Shown here: positions 1 to 6,900 of the stretch, in pieces | Position numbering within the stretch: position 1 is the first letter of the stretch | Layout of the letters: each line of letters begins with the position of its first letter | From: a virus | Taxonomy: Duplodnaviria > Caudoviricetes | Length of the DNA stretch: 25,907 nt | IMG/VR virus record: IMGVR_UViG_3300030102_003317 | Coordinates: 1-25,907 of that record | Direction: 5' to 3' (one strand) | Notes under the pieces: generated by a model | The model's database searches: none | Seen by the model: only the letters and a program-made list of their open reading frames with translations | Told to the model about the DNA's origin: nothing | Made by a program: the position numbers and the translations under genes

Positions 1-126
1 AAGAAAACAGGCGCTAAACGTATGATGGGAGGCGGCGCTGTTAAGAAAACAGGCGCTAAACGTATGATGGGAGGCGGTGCTGTTAAGAAAACAGGCGCTA
101 AACGTATGCGTGGTGGTGGCATGGTT
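1..126 (+). repeat. 42-bp in-frame tandem repeat, at least 3 copies
   Basis: aagaaaacaggcgctaaacgtatg... starts at 1, 43 and 85. Copies 1 and 2 differ by one synonymous base; copy 3 diverges in its 3' half. Confidence 0.95.
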
Positions 127-153
127 AGAAAAAACAGGGGAAGAAAATCTTAA
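1..153 (+). CDS. 3' end of a small, highly basic Lys/Arg/Gly/Met repeat protein (5'-truncated by the window edge)
   Basis: Frame 1 is open from base 1: KKTGAKRMMGGGAV KKTGAKRMMGGGAV KKTGAKRMRGGGMV RKNRGRKS-stop (TAA 151-153), immediately followed by the ATG at 154. Not in the ORF track. Confidence 0.8.
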   Translation, partial: KKTGAKRMMGGGAVKKTGAKRMMGGGAVKKTGAKRMRGGGMVRKNRGRKS

Positions 154-1041
154 ATGGCTACGTCAAGCTCAAAAGATTTTGAACTTCAGGTTACGGACTA
201 TGTTGAAGAGGCTTTTGAACGGTGTGGTTTAGAGGTTCGTACAGGATATGATTTAAAAACAGCTAAAAGATCTTTAAATCTTATGTTAGCTGATTGGGCA
301 AATCGTGGATTAAATCAATGGACCATAAACGAAACCTCTATTACTACAGCAACAGGTATTAGAGATTATCCGGCAGGAATACTAACTATGACTGTTGGAT
401 CAAGCACTAGTTTTACGGTAGGAGAAACGATTACAGGTGGGACTAGTAGTGCAACTACTACACTTACTAACAAACCATCTTCTACTAGTTTTGCTATAAC
501 TATACCTTCGGGAACGTTTTCTAGTGGTGAAACTTTAACGGGTGGTACAAGCGGTGCAACTACTACTTTGTCTGCTTCGGTTGATTTAACCGATTTTAAA
601 GCGACTATAGACATTTTATCTGTTGTTATACGCAGAGATAATACGGATTTTGCAGCAGATAGGTTAGGTAGAGAAGCGTATTTAAATATTCCATCTAAAT
701 CTACTACAGGTAGGCCGTCACAATTTTTTTTAGATAGGCAGATACAGCCTGTTTTAAGAGTGTGGCCTGCGCCTGAAAACGATACGGATGTAATTATTTT
801 TAATCGTTTAAGGCGTATGGATGATGCAGATGCTTTTACTAATGATTTAGAAATACCTTTTAGATTTTACCCGTGTTTAGCCGCAGGATTAGCTTATTAT
901 TTATCTATGAAACGTGCGCCAAATAGAATACAAATTTTAAAAGCAATTTATGAAGAAGAGTTTGAAAGAGCAATGGTTGAAGATAGGGATAGAGCTTCTT
1001 TTAATATTAAACCAAATGTAACAGGAACCGTTATCGCATGA
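154..1041 (+). CDS. Putative head-tail adaptor / tail tubular protein A-like virion protein, with an inserted Thr/Gly/Ser-rich domain
   Basis: N-terminus VEEAFERCGLEVRTGYDLKTAKRSLNLMLADWANRG and STTGRPSQFF...RVWPAP are typical of podovirus adaptor-like proteins in marine phages; first gene of the tail cluster. Confidence 0.65.
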   Translation: MATSSSKDFELQVTDYVEEAFERCGLEVRTGYDLKTAKRSLNLMLADWANRGLNQWTINETSITTATGIRDYPAGILTMTVGSSTSFTVGETITGGTSSATTTLTNKPSSTSFAITIPSGTFSSGETLTGGTSGATTTLSASVDLTDFKATIDILSVVIRRDNTDFAADRLGREAYLNIPSKSTTGRPSQFFLDRQIQPVLRVWPAPENDTDVIIFNRLRRMDDADAFTNDLEIPFRFYPCLAAGLAYYLSMKRAPNRIQILKAIYEEEFERAMVEDRDRASFNIKPNVTGTVIA

Positions 1042-1343
1042 GTAAGTTTGCATCGGGTAAATATGCTTTAGGTATTTCTGATCGTTCTGGTTTTGCTTAT
1101 CCTTTAAATCGCATGAGAAAAGAATGGACAGGTGCTTTAGTTGGTTTTGATGAATGGGAGGCTAAAAGTCCTCAAATAGAACCTTTTCCTAAAGTAGATG
1201 ATCCACAAGCTTTAAAAGATCCTAGACCAGATAAAACAGAGGCAATGGTTGTTTTTGTAGCTACAAGAGATCCCGTAATTAAAAATTTTATACCTATTAA
1301 AGCTTCAGGAAACGTGGGAACGGTAACGGTAACAACAACATGA
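1038..1343 (+). CDS. Small conserved phage virion-associated protein (DRSGF...PQAL.DPRPD), C-terminal VGTVTVTTT
   Basis: ATGA overlaps at both ends; 101 aa; sits within the tail cluster. Confidence 0.75.
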   Translation: MSKFASGKYALGISDRSGFAYPLNRMRKEWTGALVGFDEWEAKSPQIEPFPKVDDPQALKDPRPDKTEAMVVFVATRDPVIKNFIPIKASGNVGTVTVTTT

Positions 1344-1987
1344 GTTATACATTTGGAACTTTAAAAACTGCAATTCAAGATTACACGCAAAATACAGAAA
1401 CAAGTTTTGTTTCTCATTTAAGCGATTTTATCAAAAATGCAGAAGAAAGAATCTTAAAAAATATTCAACTAAGTTATTTTCGTAAAAATGTTTCAGGTTC
1501 CATGACCAGTACAAATAGATTTTTAGCTGCTCCAAGTGATTTTTTAGCACCTTATTCTTTATCTGTTACGAGTAACAGCGAACATATTTTTTTAGAATTT
1601 AAAGATCCTGATTTTGTTCAAACATTTAATCCAAATTCTTCAACAACAGGAACGCCTAAATATTATGCTGTTTTTGATGTTGATAACTTTATTATTGGTC
1701 CTACTCCAGATGCTAATTACAGTGCTGAATTGCATTATTTTTATCGTCCAGCTAGTTTAACAGCGGGTGCGGATAGTGGTACTACTTGGTTGAGTGAAAA
1801 TGCTACTTTAGCTTTATTATATGGTTCTTTAGTAGAAGCATACACATTTATGAAGGGAGATCCTTCTTTAATGCAAGAGTATGAAAAACGTTTAGGTGAA
1901 GCGATTGTTGCTTTAAAATTATTTGGTGAATCTAAAGAAGTTACAGACGAGTATATGACAGGTAAAGTTATTAGGCCAAAACAATAA
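1340..1987 (+). CDS. Second adaptor / tail tubular-like protein, paralogous to 154..1041
   Basis: Helical N-terminus (FIKNAEERI), STTGTPKYYAV...IIGPTPD matching STTGRPSQFFL...RVWPAPE of the first adaptor, and a helical C-terminus (LLYGSLVEAY). Confidence 0.65.
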   Translation: MSYTFGTLKTAIQDYTQNTETSFVSHLSDFIKNAEERILKNIQLSYFRKNVSGSMTSTNRFLAAPSDFLAPYSLSVTSNSEHIFLEFKDPDFVQTFNPNSSTTGTPKYYAVFDVDNFIIGPTPDANYSAELHYFYRPASLTAGADSGTTWLSENATLALLYGSLVEAYTFMKGDPSLMQEYEKRLGEAIVALKLFGESKEVTDEYMTGKVIRPKQ

Positions 1988-2277
1988 TGTTTAATGTAAG
2001 CGTAGAATCAAATATTGGAACTCCTACGGTTGTAACAACAAATAATCGAGGAATGAACGCGGAGGAATGGGCTGAATTAGCGGTTAATCGAATAGTTGCT
2101 GTATCGACAAATGCACCACCGCAGGTTAAAGAACAAGCGTTTGCATACAAAGCTATAATTAAAGCACTATTGATTGATTATTTTAAAAAAGTTGTAAATA
2201 GTGAACGATCTACTGTAAAAACTATTTGGAAAGAGCAGGGTATGGAAGGTTTAATGAAATATTTTGAGGATATGTAA
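1987..2277 (+). CDS. Hypothetical phage protein (96 aa)
   Basis: TAATG coupling to the upstream gene; stop abuts the next ATG; no recognisable motif. Confidence 0.7.
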   Translation: MFNVSVESNIGTPTVVTTNNRGMNAEEWAELAVNRIVAVSTNAPPQVKEQAFAYKAIIKALLIDYFKKVVNSERSTVKTIWKEQGMEGLMKYFEDM

Positions 2278-2709
2278 ATGGCAATAACACAAGCAATGTG
2301 TACAAGTTTTAAAAAAGAATTACTTGAAGGGAAACATAATTTTCTTAATTCGGGTGGTGATACTTTTAAATTAGCTTTATATACAAGTTCAGCTTCTTTA
2401 GACGCATCTACTACGGCATATACAACAAGTAACGAAGTAAGTGGAACAGGCTATACTGCAAAAGGAAACACGCTTACCCGCGTAGATCCTTCAACTAGTG
2501 GAACTACCGCTTTTACTGATTTTGCAGATACAACTTTTTCCTCTAGCACAATTACCGCTAGAGGCGCTCTAATATTTAACGAAGATACAAGTGGTGACAC
2601 TTCTGTATTAGTTTTAAATTTTGGTTCAGATAAAGCATCTAGTTCAGGTGATTTTACTATTGCTTTTCCTGCGGCAGATGCTAGTAATGCAATTATAAGG
2701 ATTGCGTAA
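2278..2709 (+). CDS. Small beta-rich virion structural protein (fibre/appendage subunit-like)
   Basis: GAGGA SD upstream; DTFKLALYT, NEVSGTGY, TITARGALIFN and LNFGSDK motifs of a widespread phage structural family; Ser/Thr-rich. Confidence 0.6.
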   Translation: MAITQAMCTSFKKELLEGKHNFLNSGGDTFKLALYTSSASLDASTTAYTTSNEVSGTGYTAKGNTLTRVDPSTSGTTAFTDFADTTFSSSTITARGALIFNEDTSGDTSVLVLNFGSDKASSSGDFTIAFPAADASNAIIRIA

Positions 2710-2714
2710 CTTAA

Positions 2715-3422
2715 ATGTCTATTTTAACGGGTTATAGTCGAGGTGGTTGGAATAGCGGTCCGTATGGTCAAACAAACACTTCGATTAGTGCTACTGGTGT
2801 AGTTGGTACAGGAGCTGTAGGATCGGTTGCTGTTTCAACCGGTCATGTTATATCTGTTACTGGCGTGGCCGGCACGGGTGCTGTAGGTGACGTAACAACT
2901 AAATTTGACTTTTCTGTTAGTGTTACCGGCTTATCTGGCACAGGTTCTGTAGGTAATGTAACTATTACGGAAGGGGTTGGCATAACGATTAGTGCTACAG
3001 GGGTATCTAGCACAGGGGAATTAGGTAGTGTAACCGTTACCGGGGATGCAAATGTTACAGTAACAGGTATATCAGCTACTGGAGCCACTGATGATGTAAC
3101 GGTTAAAATTGGAATTACCGAAAATATAACAGGGGAAAATGGTACAGGTGCTGTAGGAAACGTTAGCGTAACAGGCTCTTCAAATGTTTCAGTAACCGGT
3201 CTTACAGCTACTGTTACCACATCGGGTGTACAAGTGTGGGGAATTATTTTACCCGATCAAACGTCTAATTTTAATGAAATTACACCCAGTCAAACACCTA
3301 GTTTTAGTGAAATTACACCCAGTCAAACACCTAGTTTTAGTGAAATTACGCCCAGTCAGACACCTAGTTTTAGTGAAATTACATCAGATCAAGAGCCTGA
3401 TTGGACCAATATTGCAGCATAG
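2715..3422 (+). CDS. Gly/Thr/Val repeat virion protein: about 7 units of ~22 aa plus a C-terminal 11-aa repeat tract
   Basis: Units xVSVTGxxGTGxVGxVTVxxxx are visible seven times; N-terminal GYSRGGWNSGPYG; C-terminal (TPSQTPSFSEI)n ending WTNIAA. Confidence 0.75.
   Translation: MSILTGYSRGGWNSGPYGQTNTSISATGVVGTGAVGSVAVSTGHVISVTGVAGTGAVGDVTTKFDFSVSVTGLSGTGSVGNVTITEGVGITISATGVSSTGELGSVTVTGDANVTVTGISATGATDDVTVKIGITENITGENGTGAVGNVSVTGSSNVSVTGLTATVTTSGVQVWGIILPDQTSNFNEITPSQTPSFSEITPSQTPSFSEITPSQTPSFSEITSDQEPDWTNIAA
3275..3383 (+). repeat. 33-bp in-frame tandem repeat, about 3.3 copies (EITPSQTPSFS)
   Basis: tgaaattac recurs at 3275, 3308, 3341 and 3374 with near-identical sequence in between. Confidence 0.95.
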
Positions 3423-3431
3423 GAAAAAATT

Positions 3432-5090
3432 ATGACAAGTACATTTACAGCAAATTTAGGTATTGAAAAACCTGCTACAGGTGATCGGTCTGGAACATGG
3501 GGAACCATGACAAATACTAATATGGATATTATAGATAGAGCGATAGCTGGTGTAGGTGCAATAACCTTAAGTGGAACAACACACACATTAACAACAACAG
3601 ACGGTTCTTTAACCGACGGTCAATTTAGAGTTTTGGTTTTAGGTGGAAGTCCTAGTGGTACAAACACAATTACTATAAGTCCAAACGACATGGATAAACT
3701 ATATTTTGTTGTAAATAACAGCGGTCAGTCTGTAATTTTTACACAAGGTAGTGGTTCTAATGTAACTATTTTAAATGGTGGTGCAGATATAATTTACGCG
3801 GATGGTGGGGGTAGCGGTGCTGCTGTGGCTAGTTTTTTAGCTAATGATATTACTTTTGGTGACGATGTTAGTTTAAAAAGTGATGGCGCTGTTTTAAGTT
3901 TTGGTTCAGATAACGATACTACTTTAACGCATACCGATGGCACAGGTTTAACATTAAATAGCACAAATAAAATAACATTTGGAGATGTCGCTAGTTTCAT
4001 TCAACAAAGCTCGGACGGAGTATTAAGGATGGACGGTGAAGCAACTATTGATTTAAATGCTTCAACAGCGGTTACGGTAAGTAATGATTTAAAATTAGAT
4101 AGTGATTCGTCCGTGTTAAGTTTTGGTTCAGACAGTGACGTTACTTTTACACATGTTGCAGATTCTGGTGTAACTATGGCTGTTACAGGAAACAACATTC
4201 CTATTTTTAAAATATCTGAAGATAGAAATGATAGCAGTGGTGGACCACAAGTAATTTTAACAAGAGAATATGCCTCAACGACCCCTGCGGATGACGATCA
4301 AGGTGGAACTATCATTTTTCAAATGGAAAATGATAATGATGAAACAAATACGATGTGTCAAATTAGCACAATAAATGCGGATGTCACAGATGGGTCAGAA
4401 AAAGGTGAGTTTCAATTTTATGTTAAAGATGGTAGTTCTTTTCCAAATATTTTAAAAATTGGCGTTGGAAATAGTAATGTTCGGGAGGTTCTTCCGGGTG
4501 CTGATAGTGCAGCAATTTTAGGTACAGATTCTAATTACTCAAATACTGGTTCAGGTGTTTTAAAGTGGTTACGAGTACATGCAGATAGGTTAGTAAGTGG
4601 CACAGGAACTACTTTTTCTGCATCGGGCACAGCAGTAGCTTTAGGATTAGCCTCTGGAGAAAGTGGAATTGCAGTTAGAACGGGTGAAACTACCATGTCA
4701 CCTATGACTTTTGAGGTTGGTTCGTCTACGGTTGGCTCTATAAGCTGCACTAGTGATGCGACTAGTTATAACACAACATCAGACTATAGGCTTAAAGAAA
4801 ATATAGTAGATATGTCTGGAGCTATGGACAGAATAAAAGAATTAAAACCGAAAAGATTTAATTTTAAGACAAATACGGATAAAACTGTAGATGGTTTTTT
4901 AGCGCATGAAGCTCAAAAAGTCGTTCCTGAAGCTGTTACAGGTGAAAAAGACGGTTTACTAAATGGACAAATACTCGCTCAATCTATAGATCAAAGTAAA
5001 TTAATTCCGTTATTAACAGGAGCATTACAAGAAGCCCTTGCAGAAATTGATGCTTTAAAAGTTAGAGTGGCTTTTTTAGAAGAAAAATAA
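3432..5090 (+). CDS. Tail fibre / receptor-binding protein 1 with C-terminal peptidase S74 intramolecular chaperone
   Basis: C-terminal TTSDYRLKENI...GFLAHE...IDQSKLIPLLTGALQE plus a coiled-coil end is the S74 autocleaving chaperone signature; AGGA SD; fibre-like Gly/Thr/Ser composition. Confidence 0.85.
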   Translation: MTSTFTANLGIEKPATGDRSGTWGTMTNTNMDIIDRAIAGVGAITLSGTTHTLTTTDGSLTDGQFRVLVLGGSPSGTNTITISPNDMDKLYFVVNNSGQSVIFTQGSGSNVTILNGGADIIYADGGGSGAAVASFLANDITFGDDVSLKSDGAVLSFGSDNDTTLTHTDGTGLTLNSTNKITFGDVASFIQQSSDGVLRMDGEATIDLNASTAVTVSNDLKLDSDSSVLSFGSDSDVTFTHVADSGVTMAVTGNNIPIFKISEDRNDSSGGPQVILTREYASTTPADDDQGGTIIFQMENDNDETNTMCQISTINADVTDGSEKGEFQFYVKDGSSFPNILKIGVGNSNVREVLPGADSAAILGTDSNYSNTGSGVLKWLRVHADRLVSGTGTTFSASGTAVALGLASGESGIAVRTGETTMSPMTFEVGSSTVGSISCTSDATSYNTTSDYRLKENIVDMSGAMDRIKELKPKRFNFKTNTDKTVDGFLAHEAQKVVPEAVTGEKDGLLNGQILAQSIDQSKLIPLLTGALQEALAEIDALKVRVAFLEEK

Positions 5091-6341
5091 ATGACTAGTA
5101 GCTTTACAGTAAACAATGGACTTGAAAAACCTGATTCGGGAGATCAAGAGGGTCAATGGGGTGTTACACTTAATACTAATTTTGACATCATTGACCGGGT
5201 ATTGTCTGGCGTTGGTTCTGTTTCATTATCTGGAACTACTCACACTTTAACTACTACAGATGGAACATTATCTGATGGTATGTTTAAAGTTTTAATTTTT
5301 GGCGGATCTCCTAGTGGTACTAATACAGTAACCATAAGTCCTAATGATCAAGATAAACTTTATTTTATTGTTAATAGTAGCGGTCAATCTATTATTATAA
5401 AACAAGGTTCTGGTGCAACAGTTACTATAGCTAATGGAGCTTTTAATATTGTTTATGCTGATGGCGCAGGAAGTGGCGCAGCAGTTGCTAGTTTGTTAGC
5501 TAATGACATAGTTTTTGGTGATGATGTAAGTCTACAAAGCGATGGCGCAGTGCTTAATTTTGGCGCAGATAATGATGTTACTTTAACGCATGTAGCAGAT
5601 ACAGGTTTAATTTTAGAAACAGCAGCAGATAGTGTAACTACACTTTTGCAACTTTTATCTGATGATGCTGGTTCAGGTGCGGGGCCTTTTCTAAGACTAA
5701 AAAGAACTTCGGGTTCTCCTGCGGACAATGACAATGGCGGTATTATTGTTATGGATATGGAGAACGACAATAATCAACAGTTTGATGCAGTTCAAATATT
5801 AGCTAAAGCAACAGACGTTTCTGACGGAAGTGAAGATTCTCAATTATTACTCGCAACTATGGTTGGCGGATCATTAGTTACAGGTGCAACTATTACAGGT
5901 GGTGGAATTACATTACCCAAAGGTGCTATGTCAAATGCTGTTTTGCAAGTTGTAACAGCAAGTAATTCTGGAACAGCAAACACAACTTCAACTAGTTATG
6001 AAGATATTGCAAGTGTTACCGCAAATATAACGCCTCAAAACAGTGCTAATAAAATATTAGTTTTATATAACTCTGATGCTCTATATTCATTAACTGCCGG
6101 GGCTAACGTAACCTATTCACACAAAGTTCTTCGAGACAGCACTAGTTTAGGTGAAAGATCTATAACAGCGGCTAGTGGCAGTGGTGGTTTGCAAGCGAGA
6201 GCACCTATGTCTTTAGCTGTGTTAGATAGCCCAAGCAGTGCAAGTGAATTAACGTATAAAGCACAACATAAAATATCTAATGCTAGTTCAACAGGAAGCA
6301 CACTTACCACTCATATAACCTTAGTGGAGATTGCAGGATGA
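5091..6341 (+). CDS. Tail fibre / receptor-binding protein 2, N-terminally paralogous to fibre 1, with a different beta-sandwich-like tip
   Basis: First ~167 aa align without gaps to fibre 1; C-terminal VLQVV...ITP..SANKILV...DSPSS...TYK...ITLVEIAG domain; followed by a fibre chaperone gene. Confidence 0.8.
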   Translation: MTSSFTVNNGLEKPDSGDQEGQWGVTLNTNFDIIDRVLSGVGSVSLSGTTHTLTTTDGTLSDGMFKVLIFGGSPSGTNTVTISPNDQDKLYFIVNSSGQSIIIKQGSGATVTIANGAFNIVYADGAGSGAAVASLLANDIVFGDDVSLQSDGAVLNFGADNDVTLTHVADTGLILETAADSVTTLLQLLSDDAGSGAGPFLRLKRTSGSPADNDNGGIIVMDMENDNNQQFDAVQILAKATDVSDGSEDSQLLLATMVGGSLVTGATITGGGITLPKGAMSNAVLQVVTASNSGTANTTSTSYEDIASVTANITPQNSANKILVLYNSDALYSLTAGANVTYSHKVLRDSTSLGERSITAASGSGGLQARAPMSLAVLDSPSSASELTYKAQHKISNASSTGSTLTTHITLVEIAG

Positions 6342-6709
6342 TACCTACTATATGCGATGCCCTACATAAACTCGCTCCAAACGCAGAATGGAGTTGCGGA
6401 GATACTTATGATTCTATCGTTTGGCATAACATGAATGGAGATAGTGTTCCTTCTGAATCTGATGTTAACAGCAAAATAACAGAAATAAATAATGCAAAAC
6501 CCATGGTAGAACTGCGAAGAGTTAGAAATGAGTTGTTAGAAAGTACAGATTGGGTAGTGGCTAAATCATTAGAATCCGGATTAGCGATGGCAGAAGACTG
6601 GAAAACTTATCGTCAGGCATTAAGAGATTTACCGGCAACTGCGAATCCAAAGTTTGATAGTAACAATAATTTAACAAATGTAACATTTCCTACTAAACCC
6701 GTTATTTAA
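6338..6709 (+). CDS. Tail fibre assembly chaperone (Tfa / phage tail assembly chaperone-like)
   Basis: LRRVRNELLESTDW...WKTYRQALRDLP...FPTKP signature; ATGA overlap with fibre 2. Confidence 0.85.
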   Translation: MIPTICDALHKLAPNAEWSCGDTYDSIVWHNMNGDSVPSESDVNSKITEINNAKPMVELRRVRNELLESTDWVVAKSLESGLAMAEDWKTYRQALRDLPATANPKFDSNNNLTNVTFPTKPVI

Positions 6710-6711
6710 TT

Positions 6712-6900
6712 ATGAAAGATACAGAAGAAAAAATACACGATGTTGCTTCTAAATTAGAAGCGCATGTAGCACGTTCTGAAGAAAGAGATAAAACTGTTTT
6801 TAACAGGTTAGATAATATAGAACGTAATATACGCCAACATACTTTTGCTTTATTGGGCGGTATGGCAGGTTTAATTATAACTTTGTTAATGAGGTTGTGA
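6712..6900 (+). CDS. Small coiled-coil protein with C-terminal transmembrane helix (XhlA/holin-like)
   Basis: Charged heptad region (LEAH...RLDNIERNI) followed by hydrophobic FALLGGMAGLIITLLM. Confidence 0.55.
   Translation: MKDTEEKIHDVASKLEAHVARSEERDKTVFNRLDNIERNIRQHTFALLGGMAGLIITLLMRL

Noticed and set aside
1-126. 42-bp repeats (and the 33-bp repeats at 3275-3383) as a CRISPR array
   Set aside because: Head-to-tail with no unique spacers, lengths are multiples of 3 and they lie in coding frames; no cas genes.
151-5093. Stop-codon reassignment suggested by in-frame TAA-ATG junctions (153/154, 2277/2278, 5090/5091)
   Set aside because: Each downstream ORF starts with Met at a natural protein N-terminus (fibre 2 matches fibre 1 from residue 1), and all three stop codons end genes normally.
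3432-6341. Diversity-generating retroelement or invertible shufflon acting on the two fibres
   Set aside because: No reverse transcriptase or recombinase in the window; the similarity is N-terminal and synonymously diverged rather than adenine-specific, and both genes are in the same orientation.
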